A stretch of 64,000 nucleotides of DNA from Antedon mediterranea (GCF_964355755.1 NC_092670.1:12262795-12326794), one strand, 5' to 3'; counted from the stretch's first letter, positions 1-14,161 are shown. Made by a program: numbers and translations. The notes: generated by a model from the sequence alone, not told the origin.

Positions 1-249
1 TTTGAGGCCGTTTTAATTAGATTTAGGGTAGCCAAATTTTTCCATTTTGTATGGTATATAGATAAAATACTCTGCGAAAAACACATTGCACGAGATCCGA
101 TGCGATGACTGTGTAAATCCACTCTTTCAATTTTAAAAATGAAGTTCAATATGCCTATCATAGAAAATATACGCGAACGTAAAACTTCCCACGGGCCAAG
201 AGGTATATCGTTATAATCGCAGAGCCGTAGGCAGGTTGCTGTCTGGTGG

Positions 250-1045
250 GGGTGCGAAAATTGTAAATGCGCGAGACTAACACCCATGGGCTGATCTGTA
301 AGAACATTTTGAAAAATAGATCTGCTAGGTCCCCGGAAATTATACATTGATATATGAAAAGAAATTACAAGTCTACCAGAGAACCAGCCCACCGAGGTTG
401 AGATACAGCTAAGAACATTTAAACAAGTTTGTTATGTCCCGGAAATTGGAATATAGTATTTCGAAAAAAAAAGAAAAACTATATACATCTCCAGGACCAG
501 CTACCATTAGGGTTGAGCTGCTAAGAAAATTGTGAAAAATAGAACTGCTAGGTACCTGGAAATTGCACTTATATAGGCCCATATTGATAAATGAAACGAA
601 ATTATAAGTCTACAGGACCAGCCCGCCATAGATGGTTGGATGGAGCTAAGAAAATTTTGAAAAATAGAGCTGCTAGATCCCTGCAAAACATTGAAATATG
701 GAATGAAATTATAGGTCTACAGGACCAGCCCACCAGGGTTGGGGTGGAGCTAAGAACATTTTGAAAAATAGAGTTGCTAGGTCCCGGAAATTTAACTTAT
801 TATACTTCAAAGCATAAAACAAAATATATACCGGTACGTCTCCAGAACCAGCCCTACCATGGATATGGAAAAAAATGTGAAAAAAAGAGAGCTCTATGTT
901 CCCAGACAATGCACTAACTGTATATTGTACATCGAAATATGAAACGAAATGTATAAGTATCCATGACCAGCTCTATAATTGGGGACCGTGACGGTTGAGC
1001 TAAGACAATTTTTGAAAACTAGAGCTGCAGGTCTTCAAAAACTAC
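250..1045. repeat. Degenerate ~110-125 bp tandem repeat (about 7 copies)
   Basis: Recurring core GGACCAGCCC..GGTTG..GAGCTAAGAACATTTTGAAAAATAGAGCTGCTAGGTCCCGGAAAT. Confidence 0.7.
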
Positions 1046-1894
1046 ACTTATGACTTAAACAAATTCAGGCCTAAAGGCTTTAAAAAAGTTACCCTTTTTA
1101 CCTTTTATTTGGAGGGGAATGCGTCCGCAAGCGTAGACCATTTTCATTCGGGGAAAATCAGTTTATTTCCCAGATGTGGAATCTGGAATTTCGATGTATG
1201 ATGAGCAATTCATGACATACAGGACATTGGAATGTAATAACTTAGCTATAATAAGATGTTGGAAAAATGTTTGTTTAGTGATGTAGGCGAGCCTACAGTG
1301 AAACGTCTATTTTAGGGACCCCACGGTACAGGGTTAATCGTAAATAAAAAAAACAATAGATTGCGAACATAATTCGTAACCTTTTGCCGTTGTATAGCGT
1401 ACGTCGATACACAGTACACAACGTAACGCTTCAGTCAAGTTCGCCTGGAAACTACAGTACACATTCTGGTCCCCGGATGGAACATGATATCACGCGTAAA
1501 CCGCAATGGGCCGGGTTAAATGTTAAACGATTCGTACAAATGGACACCGCCAGACAAGTGCGTACCTATTGTTTATTAGATCGCCGGCAATAATGCATGC
1601 AAAAAAGTGAAATTAATAGCTCTTCGTCCGACGTACTAAAAAATGGAACGTCACGGTTTTCTAGGCGCTGAAGTTACGAAGTGAACGCAAATGATTTTTA
1701 CTGTATATTATATTCCCCGACGAAAAGTACTCGCGTTCCCCGACGGGGGGGCTAGGCTCCCCGACGAGGGGGCTACAGCCCCGTACAGCCCATGACATAC
1801 AAAGCTTCTCCCATCTTTCTTCTATTATACGTATTAAGCTTAGGGTTAGCTGTCAGCACAAAAGCGAGAAATTGGAGGACATGAAAAAAGTATA

Positions 1895-2052
1895 CCGTAA
1901 ATCTTCTAATTGTAACCCTGGGTTATTGTTTTTTAAGGTGGGTTACTATTAGAGTAGTGGGTTATTATTATAGATTGACTTATAAGGTGGGTTACTATTA
2001 TTAGAAGGGGGTTACTATTATTAGAAGGGGGTTACTATTAGAAGATTTATGG
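1895..2052. mobile_element. Tc1/mariner-pogo-type MITE
   Basis: TA|CCGTAAATCTTCTAAT ... ATTAGAAGATTTATGG|TA inverted termini, with internal GGGTTACTATTATTAGA repeats. Confidence 0.7.
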
Positions 2053-2103
2053 TAACGCATTTTCTTTGTATGTATGGGTCTATGTAGAGATAATTATACA
2101 AAC

Positions 2104-3919
2104 CTTATAAATATTCTTAAAAACATCTGCCATCTTTTCAGGATGAATAGCTGAAAGTACAAATAGCATGCTTGTCATATCAACACTGCCCTCTGGTATA
2201 TTGTCCATTAATTCATCCTTAGTAAGATCACATTGAAAAGCATTTACTCTTGATTCATCGTATAAAGAATTATTCTAGAAATAAATAAATAAAAAACTGA
2301 TAACAAAAAAGTGATTTAGTTTTAACAATTTAACACCATGCTTGATGAGAGTAGACACTTGACTCAATCGGAAAGTTTTCCCCAAAAACATGAAAATTGA
2401 ATATTAAAAAAAATACTTTGAATAGACCTTTCGTAGTTTTAATAATGCCATAGAAAAAAACTTTAAAAATAATGTTTTCACTTATAAAAAGACAAGATAA
2501 ACGGTTAAATTCAATAATAAAAAAAAGCCCATTGACTTCCAGTTAATTAGACTATCTTTTGTGTTAAATTACAGTTTTTTCAGGTCAATAATTTTTGGTC
2601 AAAGTGGATAATTATGTGACATTAAAATGGCATATTTAACGACAATGTGTTTTTTCAGAGGAAAAATACATCTTGAAACAATCTGCTCTATTAGACACTT
2701 TATAGATGGGTCATTCCATCTCAGATCACCCAATGAGTTAAACCCTACCTCTTCCAATTTTGATGAAATTTGGTATATGGGTGATTCATAGCAATTAAAG
2801 TCAAAATTTCAAATTTTAACTTTATCGGACCAACGGTTTTCGAGATATCGCAATTTCAATTTTCGGTTTTTACGCAAAAAAGGGCGCGTCCGCCACGTTT
2901 CAAAGAGCTGTATCTCGGGAACTATAGGTTCAATTTTAAAAGCAAAGGTATTTTTGTAAAGGGGAGACCATAAGGAATCTAAATATACTAATTGTGTGTG
3001 TTTTATGTTAATTTTAAGTTTAATAAAACTTTGAAATATATTTTGACCTTGAAATTGACACCGTGGAACACGCCCGATTTGTTGGTGACTATCACGAAAA
3101 ATGTAGCCCTACGTGTCAACTACAACATATAAAAAAATTGGAGGGGTTTTTTTCTTTGTTTCCATGAAATTACAATTTGAAGTTGACATACCTCTTCCTT
3201 TTAGTGTATTTTTTGGTGTTGTTATATACTTATACACAGTGTGAACACTAACTGTTAAGGTGTCTTATTGTTACGCTTTCTCATCAGGCCCACTTAAACA
3301 CTACAGTAGATATATTTTGATATGAGAAATACTGGGTAACTCACATACTTTTCAAATCAATTTTGACACATAGTTTAGTGTCCTTACTATGTTATTTTAG
3401 TGTATTTTGGTGTCTGTCCATGCATTACTTCAATGTCAATTTGATGTATTCCAAAAATAATTTTATTTACAAACTAAATATTATTATAATGTTACAATTG
3501 TCTATGTCTGGCCTTTACTCCTTGTCATCTGGCCAATTCAAACAGTATTTAGAAATGTATCAGCAACAATTTCATTTTCATCACTGAAAGATTCTTGAAT
3601 CACTACCACATCCGGAGGGTTTATCTGGGTACTAAGTTTGTAGACCTGCATCTGTGCCAGATAAACGTGAACAAAGCGATGATATTGTAATGTACCCTTG
3701 ATGGTCTGGGCGAGGTTGAATCTCGGCTTTATTTCTTTTTCCACAGTAGATACCTCATCTATTCCCACATGAAAAAAGTTGATGCCTGGAATGTCCATAT
3801 GAGCGAGTCATATGGCCGAGCGGTTAAGGCAGGGGCGTCGTTTACCGTACCTAAAGAGCCAACAACAACATCGGCAAGGGTTCGAGGCCGACTCGCTCCT
3901 AGTTCTGGTGGTGGAACAA

Positions 3920-3953
<34 letters not shown>

Positions 3954-6030
3954 AGTGTACACAGTTATAACCTGTGTGTACTTTAAAGAACCCAGTTCAT
4001 TATTCGAAAAAGAGTAGGGGGTTATCCCGGTGAACTGGTTCACACAATAGCCCCTGTATCAGGGGGATTACCACCTATCTGATAGGACAGTGATTAATTC
4101 ACTATTGGTAATCCTTGGCCACATTGCCTAAAGACATAAATAAAAATAAAAAATTACACAGTAGTCGAACATACTGAGAGATGTGAGAATATGACATTCA
4201 GTCAAACGCTGTAAGCTTCTCTTAGTGACAAGCCTCTTAACTGTTCCACCTATGCCATCACATGCACTCTTGCCATGTGATGTAGCGAAAAAATTCCCCT
4301 CGGCGTCTAAACCAAAATCTTCCTGGTGGTGGCAAAGGTTAATAAAGTTATATTTGTTTTTGTATTGGCCGCCACATCCATCTGTGAAATAATGAACTTT
4401 TTTCATGGTTGGTAGTTTTGATTTTAAATAGGGGATGACAACCTTTAAAAAGGCATCAGTAACTGATGTATGTTCTCTGCAATCACTTATTATGCATTAA
4501 TATGCATAATAACATAGTAAGGACACTAAACTATGTGTCAAAATTGATTTGAAAAGTATGTGAGTTACCCAGTATTTCTCATATCAAAGTATATCTACTG
4601 TTTAAGTGGGCCTGATGAGAAAGCGTAACAATAAGACACCTTAACAGTTAGTGTTCACACTGTGTATAAGTATATAACAACACCAAAAATACACTAAAAG
4701 GAAGAGGTATGTCAACTTCAAATTGTAATTTCATGGAAACAAACAAAAAAACCCCTCCAATTTTGTTATATGTTGTAGTTGACAAGTAGGGCTACATTTT
4801 TCGTGATAGTCACCAACAAATCGGGCGTGTTCCACGGGGTCAATTTCAAGGTCAAAATATATGTCAAAGTTTTATTCAACTTAAAATTAACATAAAACAC
4901 ACACAATTAGTATATTTAGGTTCCTTATGGTCTCCCCTTTACAAAAATACCTTTGTTTTTAAAATCGAACCTATAGTTCCCGAGATACAGCTCTTTGAAA
5001 CGTGGCGGCCGCTCCCTTTTTTGCGTAAAAACCGAAAATTGAAATTGCGATATCTCGAAAACCGTTGGTCCGATAAAGTTAAAATTTGAAATTTTGGCTT
5101 TAATTGCTATGAATCACCCATATACCAAATTTCATCAAAATTGGAAGAGGTAGGGTTTAAAATTCCATTTTTTTTGGGTGAACTGAGATGGAATGACCCA
5201 GATTCAATGTTCAAATAGTATTACTTACCTTCACAAATTGTACTGCTCGTGGAGAAAAATCACATGCATGTATCATCAGGTTGGGATTTTCTTGCAGTAA
5301 TGGAAATAATGCATTGCCAACTCCACAGCCAACCTCAAGGAGAGTTTGCTTTTTATTGTTACCCTAAAAAAAACCAGTCTAGTTAATTTCTGAACTTATT
5401 CAGCTTTGTTCTTTAACTTGCACTCATCAGATGCAACTACTGTACTCTCCATTGTTCACCCCTCTGTCGGTCAAAGTTATGCGATGAGCAGTCATTTATA
5501 GTCGATTCACCGCACTGTGAAACTTGCTTTCACTTTTTGTTTTATTTTCCCTTCTGTTGGTATTTTAAAAATAAAGCTCAGGACATTTATTGTTTGTCAG
5601 TTTAGTCATTGACATTGGTTTTCATTTATGTCTCGTCTTTCCTTTGCTTTATTGGGATAGGAGGTGCCTGAGTTTTAAGAAGGCGCAACTGCTACACCCC
5701 ACTTCCCTCCAGTATATGTTCAATTGCCTTTTATTTGACATCATCTGAGCCTGAGATTATAGACAAATACAAAAGCGCAGAAATACTTACAGGTTCCTTA
5801 AGTTCATCAAATTCTCGTGAGGTCCAATGTCGGTCTTTGAAAAAGTTCACAGAATTACGTTTATAAAACAGGTCCCAATTGCGTTGAGCTTCTTTTTCAA
5901 GTTTACATTTTTTGAATTCAGACACCAGTTCAGAATCATTTAATAATTTTTCAAGTTCTTTTTCTGTTAATTTTCTTGGATGTTCTTCAGTTTTATTTTG
6001 TGGTATGGTAGAACAAGTTTCCTTATCCAT
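2104..6030 (-). CDS. METTL6: tRNA N3-methylcytidine methyltransferase METTL6, first three coding exons (6030-5791, 5363-5229, 2274-2104); remainder presumably beyond the left edge
   Basis: GT-AG exons, all phase 0, translate to ...[32 protein letters not shown] / [38 protein letters not shown] / NAFQCDLT...[14 protein letters not shown]. These are the hallmark METTL2/6/8 motifs, and the short N-terminus fits METTL6. Confidence 0.92.
2708..5199 (-). mobile_element. Internally deleted DNA transposon, Sola2-like, in METTL6 intron
   Basis: ~690-bp TIRs (2708-3396 / 4508-5199) with GGG...CCC termini and a 4-bp TSD AGAT (2704-2707, 5200-5203). Transposase remnant: [16 protein letters not shown]...[20 protein letters not shown] (4128-4406) continuing as DIPGINFF...TIKGTLQYH (3538-3798). 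Confidence 0.85.
3801..4153 (+). mobile_element. tRNA-headed SINE with Deu/Nin-type central domain, inserted in the transposase
   Basis: Acceptor-like stem GAGCGAGT/ACTCGCTC, A-box TGGCCGAGCGG, B-box GGTTCGAGGCC. The core TCTTCTCAGATAAGGACTATAAACCGTAGGTCC...TTAAAGAACCC...AAGAGTAGGGG..CCCGG resembles the DeuSINE domain. A-rich tail. Confidence 0.75.
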
Positions 6031-7984
6031 TTTCAGTCTGTATAGGCTAGCATATATAATTAGAAAGAAATGTTGTTAATAAATCTATAATATAAAGATT
6101 TAGGCCTACTAGACCTACATAGTAGTAGGCTAGTATACTCTCAGCACAGTTTTTAGTACGAGTGAGCCAAGTTGAGTACGAGTTAGGGGGTACGAATTCA
6201 GAGTTGGCATGGATTGGCACATGCATGGTGGGTACGAATTGACCTGTATTACACCGGAGCCTGCTACTTAACTAAGCCTAGGCCTACCTCTGACTAGAGT
6301 AGGGGGGACCCCTGTATGGTAGGCCTGGCCCTATATAGATAGACCTAACCCTACTACTACTTCTAGCCTACTACTACTAGTACTAGCCTAGGCCTAGCTT
6401 AGCTAATAAATTCCCTAGCATTGTGTTTGTTAACTGTAAAGATCCTGAAAACCTGTTAATTTCATCTAAATATATTTTTGTAATTATATTATAAAATACG
6501 GAACTAAAAAAAACCCAAATAAAACCAACCTCACACAGAAAAGTTTTTTCGTGTCTTTTTTCGTAATAAAATATTTTCATAACAACGCCCCCTATAGTCC
6601 ACAATCGTTTAAATGTAAAATGTATTTAATTATTTATTATTATATTAATGAAGCAATAACAATAATTATGGTATGGTACTTTGTTCCAGTCATTAACTTC
6701 TCAGTGAAAATTCAGTTCTGCCTCTGATTATATATGAAATAATGTTTTGTTTTGTTAGATGTATTCTTCAACAGAAAACAATTTAAAAAGAAGATGCAAA
6801 ATGTTGATCTTCTCTTTTAAAGATGTATTGTCCCTTGAAACACAAAAAATGAAGGTCAAAATATTCCAAATTTAAATTGGCCATATCAAAGTAATATTAA
6901 AGATATTCACTTTAAGTCGAATATTCGAGCCAAAAACAACAAGTTTACGTAATTAACAGGTAAATTAATTTGATTACATTTCGTCTGGAATCGTCGCGAG
7001 CGAGTAACAAAGATTTTAAACCACGAGTATGCTGTTGCTGATTAGGATTGTTTACAACAGAAGGTGTTTTCACACAGATCGCGAGGAAGTTTTATGATGA
7101 TGCAGTAGTCAAACAAGCGCGTTTTATGAGATATGTTTTGATCGAAAACTTTTTTTGAACAAAAAAACGTCTGTATTTCAGCAGTTAAATGATTTTTTCG
7201 ACTTATTTTTGGTGAAACTATTATGATACTTCACAATGACCCACTTTTTTTCGAAATATTTTTTATTTTTTTTGGAATTGGTCAAAGGGACAATATATCT
7301 TTAACTTTAATAATAAATATAGTATTTATTACCCCTTATATTTAAAATGTATATTTAGTCTCACCACTGTGACTCCGCTTATGACGATATTTTTCAAGGA
7401 CCCTAGATAAATTCCACATACTCTACATCATGTTTTGTTTGTATAATGGAAACTTGGATTCCGGGTCTATAGTTTTTGTTCTTCTTTATTATATCAAACA
7501 ATTAATCAATACAAAAGGTAGCCAAGATATAGCCGAAGCTACTCAAGCTTGGTACCTTTAAAAAAATCTTAACTAACTTAAGCTACGAAATTAACAAATA
7601 AATAACAGAACTTAAAAGAAAATAAAAATGTGATAACGTCAAAAACAAAACAAAAAATGTTGAATAATAAATAAATAACAAAACATAAAGTGCTGTATGT
7701 ACTGTACTGTAATAAACAAAACCATATCAGTTCAATAGATAATATCTGATGGATTAACAATATATAAAACATTGTAAATTATAGATTATTCTTTCATATA
7801 CTTAAATAAAAGTAATTCTTTAATTTGTTTAGGGACAAAACATTGAAAGGCAACACGATATAGAAGATTTCAGTTTGGACACAGATCTACCAAAAGATCC
7901 AAATCTAATTAAGAAATTCATAACGAAACATGACAATAACATTGTCTTGTTATTAGATGGGTTAGATGAATTACGGTTTAATAA

Positions 7985-8671
7985 TGTATGGTACGGGTTT
8001 TACCCGTCTCCTCGTAGTACATTGTATATCAGCGTGCAGCCCTGTGGTACTTCGCAGTAATAAGTAGTTCTTATTTATGATTATCAATTCTATTATGAAA
8101 TCTATGTTTACTTCATTGATGATAGAGTTTTATGTTTACATGATGAATAATGTATTTGTACAGTAGTTATTATCTAAGTTATGACAATATGATAGAACAA
8201 GGTATAATATGGTGCGGATGATTACACCGCAGGTAATTTGTAATTAGGACTAGCGCATTACTACTGCGCGTACAGTCAGAACGAATCAAGAAGTCAAAAG
8301 GTCAAACACCTCGTGTTTCTCCATGTTAAAGTTTTACCTGTATTGCCTATAAAATAAGAGGCAAGGCCAACGGTCACGCTAGTTACAGTATTGTGTGTTA
8401 AAGGATACCGTGTTGTGTTGTTGTAATACAAGCCAATGGTTTCTTATAAAGTTAATTATGACATGATGTAGTCAAGGACTAACGATAAGTTGTTTGTATT
8501 TTTATATTATATTTTCTAGCTTGGCATACCGGCATTACTTGTCAAGTTGGGGGTGTTTAGTTTTTATAAGTTTTGTGGTTTTATTGCGATACTAGTTCCT
8601 ATTCGATCTGAATAAATTTGTCATCGAAGATTACATCGTCTCTTTGGCTATTATTCTTCCTGTACTTTACA
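7985..8671 (+). repeat. 5' LTR of Gypsy element
   Basis: TGTATGG...CTTTACA, direct repeat of 14581-15271. Confidence 0.95.
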
Positions 8672-8673
8672 TT

Positions 8674-8691
8674 TGGCGTAGTCGGCAGGAT
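8674..8691 (+). promoter_or_regulatory. Primer binding site, tRNA-Ser
   Basis: TGGCGTAGTCGGCAGGAT is complementary to the 3' end of eukaryotic tRNA-Ser and lies 2 nt after the LTR. Confidence 0.85.
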
Positions 8692-9079
8692 GGGAACAAC
8701 AGGATAGTATCCAACCCAAAAAACCCCCCAAAAAACAAACCCCCAGCTTGTACTAACACGTGGATTGGAAAGATGTTTGACACCTCTAAGAAGATTACGA
8801 ACCAAACACTCTGATCGCTACTAACATCGGGCGGAACGTTTACATGTCACCAACCAAGGTATACTGAACAACGAAAACCGATCAAGACTCTGACGTCCGA
8901 GGTTATACATTTGCAACCTTAGATTCAATGTTCTTACATGCATATTTGTTGTGTTTATAGTTCAAATTTCAACCATTTTTTTATGTATGTGGAATTTTTA
9001 TGCAATATTTTTATGCTTGTATTTTAACGATTTTTGTCCCGCATAAATATAATGGAGTTGCAGGAACTCAAAGACCAAA

Positions 9080-10010
9080 TTGACTCGCTCAAAGCTGCAT
9101 TGGCCGCAGAAAAAGTCTGAGACGGCAAAGTTGGATGCAGATGAGGCTCGGGAAGAAATAAAGCGACAGGAGACTGGTACAGAGTCGAAGGCTGTATACA
9201 TTTCCCCTGGTAGAAGATTGGAAGTATTCCAAGGGAGGCCCAAAAAAGCAACCGAACCGATTGTAGAGGACTGGGTGGCCGATGTACCTGCCCAACTTGA
9301 TATGAGACGTTTGTCACCGGGAGCAGCCGTTGCATTTATAAAAGAAAACTTAGGTGGTTATCCCAGGAAAGAAATCAGTGGGCGGGGTAAAGAAGTAGAA
9401 AACAACCCCAATCAAGTTCTAGAAATTCTTCTCAAGGTATTTGGATATGCAAATAATCTCCCGCAATTACAGCAGAAATTCTTCACTTATAAACAGTGTG
9501 CACAGCAAGATTTACTCAGTCTTTCTCTTGAATTGGTCAGCCTATACGACTCGATTGTAATATTAGATGGTGCGTATAAACCGTGCAGAGAGGCATCTTT
9601 GAAGAGCCGCCTGGCAGAAGCTGTCTCGGACCACAATTTACAGAGGGAACTGAGGCATCTAAATATTGAATCACCACGACTGTCTTTCTTTCAGCTACGA
9701 GACCGAGCTGTAGCATGGCTGGGAGACGTGGGAAGAAATCCAACAGAAGCTGCAGTAAGAACCGTGTCTGCTAAGACAAAAATATTAGATCTTTTACAGA
9801 AACAGAATGTGCAGCTTGAGATGCAACAGAGACAGATCAACATGCTCCACCGAACGGTTTGTGCAACCAGTCAGTTGGCAACCACCTCAAGTAACTACAC
9901 AACTACATCCTCAACAAGCACCAATTCCAGACAACAGATGGCAACAACACCCAAGGTCAGTACGTTGCTGTTTCATATGTGGTGAACCTGGACATCTGAA
10001 GAGAGACTTG
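9080..10010 (+). pseudogene. gag: Gypsy gag (frameshift before the zinc knuckle)
   Basis: ORF 9080-9985 plus CFICGEPGHLKRD in the alternative frame. Confidence 0.8.
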
Positions 10011-10329
10011 CACACTTAAAAGCAGAAGATATTTCATCACACCTGACCATTTCTGGCGCACAGGGACTTGAGATACCGTATGTAGGTTACATAGAAGTTT
10101 CATTACAGGCTATGGGTCACAGAGTTGATAACATGGGATTTCTGGTTGTAAAAGATGTAGCTGGTCCGATGGCGGAAAGAAAAAGGCAAGTTCCAGGTGT
10201 CTTGGGTTCCAACGTCCTAAGGGACATGAGGAAACTGATTGGTGACCAACTAGGAACTGAAGAAAGATCGGAAGATGAAAGATATCTTATCCATGCATTA
10301 GCTCTGTATGAAGATTCAAAGTTGCATAG

Positions 10330-10479
10330 AAAATGGACAGAACTTTTGTATATTTAATCTCATGTATACTTTTACGTGTGTTAACTAGTATCAGTATAGC
10401 CATAATAATGTGTTGTTTTTGTAAACTTTATGTGTTTCATATGGACACTTTGTCTGAAATAAAGTTGAATTGAATTGAA
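10330..10479 (+). mobile_element. Very short 5'-truncated non-LTR element 3' end, inserted in Gypsy pol
   Basis: AT-rich segment that breaks the pol frame and ends AATAAA G (TTGAA)3. Confidence 0.55.
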
Positions 10480-12261
10480 GGCGTCTCTGCATCCATACCA
10501 CCCCCTGATATTAACAGTTTGGTAAGAATAGCTGGAGACAAACCAATCCTTATACCATTCAGGACGTTGAAGACAGTCGACTGTACCACAGCATCTTCAA
10601 AGACTGGTGTAATTGAGGCGATTATTGAAGAGAATTATAGTTACGATTTACAAAATGGTGTGACTGTTGCTCAGACGTTAGTTGAAGTAAACCAATTTGG
10701 CAAGATTCCACTACAAATAGCTAACTTTGCTGATGCAGATGTTTATTTACAGCCGAGGACACCAGTTGCCAGGGCAACCACCGCACCACTACAATCAGAT
10801 GTTTGCTTTCAATACCAGACTATGTGTGCAGGACAACATGATATTTCACAGGTCAATAGTGAGAAGAATATAGACGAACTGATGTCCAGAATGAATGTTG
10901 GTAAGGACCTTAATAACTAACAGCAAAATCTATTACAGGGAATGATCAACAAGTATCAGCATGTGTTTAGCAGAGACGAAGATGACATCGGATTTTGCGA
11001 TGAGGTTAAGCACAAAATAATCCTACATGATCAACAGCCTATCAAAATTCCACACAGAATGGTCCCACCACACCAATGTAGATGCAAGCAATAAAGGATT
11101 AGGAGCAGTGCTGTCACAAGACCAAGGTGGTAAGCGTGTTGTTTTGTCATTCGCAAGCAGGTCGCTCCGGAAAAATGAACAGAACATGTCTAATTACAGT
11201 AGTATGAAGTTGGAGTTTCTAGCACTGAAGTGGTCCATAACTGAGAAATTCAGGGATCTACTAATAGGTAACGAGTTCACCGTATTCACCGACAACAACC
11301 CACTGACCCATATTCAAACCTCAACCAAACTAGGTGCAACTGAAACTAGATGGATGGCGGACTTAGCCAAGTTTAATTTCACCATAAAATACCGGCCAGG
11401 AAAAACAAATGCCAACGCCGATGCGCTAAGCAGAAAGACCCAACACTCACCCGAACCGACATTGGTGCGTTTTGAAGAAGTAACTGAGGTAAACTGTTCT
11501 CAAGACCACCAATCATCATTAATACCTAATTTTCTCAGACCAAGGGTAGAAGAAATGTTCAGTGAAGAATTGATCTCAGCAATTAACGGTGAACACCGAA
11601 AAACGGCATCAACAACTATTCCGTCAATTCCAGGTGAGGACATGGCAAAGTTGCAGAATTCTGATGAGAGTATTGCACGTTTAGTACACTTTTGGAAAAT
11701 TGGAAGGACACCGAGAAAACGACAGTTGGCCAACGAATCGAGGAAGGTCAAGAAACTGCTTAAAGAATGGCCCAGACTCACAGAGACGGGAGGAGTACTG
11801 TACAGAAATATCGTCGATAATGGGGAAAAGGTCAAACAGCTATTACTGCCGGAATCAATGAAAACCAAAGTTTTGGGCACAGTGCACGACGATCTTGGTC
11901 ACCAGTCCAGCGGGAAAACTTTAGCTGTGATGCGACGAAGGTGTTACTGGCCTGGGATGGCAGATGAAATACAAGATTACTGTGACAAGTGCCCCAGATG
12001 CACACTAGCGAAATCAGGGAAGAAAGTTCGACCATCGATGGGCTCTCTGATAGCGAAGAAACCACTAGAAGTCTTAGCCATAGATTTCACCACATTAGAA
12101 CCCGGAAGAATAACCTAGAAAATGTTTTAGTAATGACGGATGTTTTTACAAAATACACCCAAGCTATTCCTACGAGGGACCAGAAAGCAACAACAGTGGC
12201 TAGAGTTTTGGTTCGAGAATGGTTTGTGAGGTTTGGAGTTCCTCAACGTCTCCATAGTGAT

Positions 12262-13220
12262 TTTCAATCTTCATTAACGATTTACCTGATGTTGTCGAAT
12301 CTAGTATACGTTTATTTGCAGACGACACCAAGTTGTATAGAGTGGTCAATAACATTGATGATGCGGATTTATTTCAAAGAGACATTGACAGTGCTTCCCA
12401 TTGGTCTAATGTTTGGCAATTGCCTTTTAATGACACTAAGTGCAAGGTATTTCATTATTGTCGTGATAATCCCAATTTCTTGTATTCAATGGCTGGTACT
12501 TTACTACATGAGGTAAAGCAGGAGAAAGATCTAGGTGTTACCTTTGATCCTAGTTTAATCTTTAATTTGCATGTAGCGGATATTTGTAAAAGAGCTAATA
12601 AGAAACTAGGAATGATTTATAGATCTTTTAAATTCTTGAATAAAGATGGATTTTTGAAGCTGTATAAGTCTATTGTCAGGCCAACGCTTGAATATTGTAA
12701 CACTGTTTATAATCCTATTAGAAAACGAGATCAGGATGAAATAGAGAAGGTCCAGCAAAGAGCAACAAGATTGATTCCTAGGTACCGTAATATTCCTTAT
12801 GAACAACATTTGAGAATTCTTGGTCTTCCTACCATGAGATATCGAAGGCAGAGAGCAGATATTATCCAAGTTTTTAGGATTGTTAAAGGTTTCGATCAAC
12901 ACATTTTTTGAATTTGATCTAGAATCTCGGACCCGTGGACACCCATATAAACTCAAGTTTAAAAGCTCTCGTCTTAATATTAGGAGGAACACGTTCTCCA
13001 GGAGAGTTATTCTCTTATGGAATGCTCTGCCTACGGATGTAGTTTCATGTGCTACGGTGAACTTGTTCAAAGCAAAACTTAACGTTGCATGGTCTAACCA
13101 CCCGCTGAAGTTTTCACCCTATATAGAATATGATTTTATTGCTAAGAGGGGCTTTTAAGCACTGAGTGCTTCGCCTCGATCCCGTAGACGAAAGTGTACG
13201 GGAAACAAGTAAACAAGTAA
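12262..13220 (+). mobile_element. 5'-truncated CR1-clade LINE nested in the Gypsy integrase
   Basis: FINDLPDVVESSIRLFADDTKLY, EKDLGV, LYKSIVRPTLEY, RTRGHPYKL, FSRRVILLWNALP; tail (ACAAGTAA)x2. Splits the integrase motif LHSD|(Q)GRNFE. Confidence 0.92.
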
Positions 13221-13976
13221 AGGACGTAATTTTGAAGGTAATGTGATCAAAGAATTATGCCGATTATATAACATCACTAAATCAAGAACGACGCCTTACC
13301 ATCCCCAAGGGGGAATGGGCAATGCGAAAGGTTCAATAGGACAATGCATGATCGGTTACGCACTTTGCAACCTGCAGCTAAGAAGAACTGGCCAGATCAT
13401 CTCCCAGAACTACTTTATGCCTATAACGTCACCCCGCATTCAGCAACAGGTTATTCACCATATTACCTTTTCTTTGGTCGTGAGCCAAAACTACCGATCG
13501 ACCATATTTTGAGAAATGAGCTAGATGCAGATGAAAGTGGAAGTATAGAAGAATGGGTAAGCAACCACCACCATAGGGCGTGCATTCCAAAGTGCTTTAG
13601 TAGAAATAGAGAAGCAAGCTCTAGCACGAAGAGAAAGAAACAATCGCACCGCAGATGAGACGGACCTTCTTATTGGAGCAAGAGTATTTTTAAGAAACCA
13701 TCCTTTCGGTCGAAATAAGATACAAGACTACTGGCAATCTACTGTACACCGTATGTTGTAATCAACCGACCGAATCCGACTGGGAATGTGTACACAATAC
13801 AACCGTTGACCGGTGCTGGACAGGATAAGACTGTCAACAGCCTACTCGAGAAATCAAGCAGAAGAATTTAGACAACCCAGCTACACAAAGTAATAACTTA
13901 ACTGAACTGGAGGTAATTCCAAGTGACACAGTTGACAGACAGTTTTGATGGTCCATTTGAAATATTTCTCCCTGAA

Positions 13977-14161
13977 CAAGAACCTGTAATTATACAACAT
14001 GATGAACCAGAACATGCAGTTATACGGCATGATGAACCAGAACCTGTAGTCATACGATATGACGAACCAGAACCTGTAGTCATACAACATGATGAACCAG
14101 AACCTGTAGTTATACAACATGATGAACCAGAACATGCAGTTATACAGCATGAAGAACCAGA
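13977..14161 (+). repeat. 30-bp coding tandem repeat (QHDEPEPVVI, ~6 copies) in the Gypsy pol C-terminal region
   Basis: GATGAACCAGAACCTGTAGTCATACAACAT units. Confidence 0.9.

Noticed and set aside
3801-3898. Functional tRNA gene
   Set aside because: Anticodon arm not canonical, and the sequence continues into a SINE body and A-rich tail
7749-7984. Giant 235-bp target-site duplication of the Gypsy element
   Set aside because: A proper 4-bp TSD (ATAA) exists, and the two copies are more diverged than the LTRs
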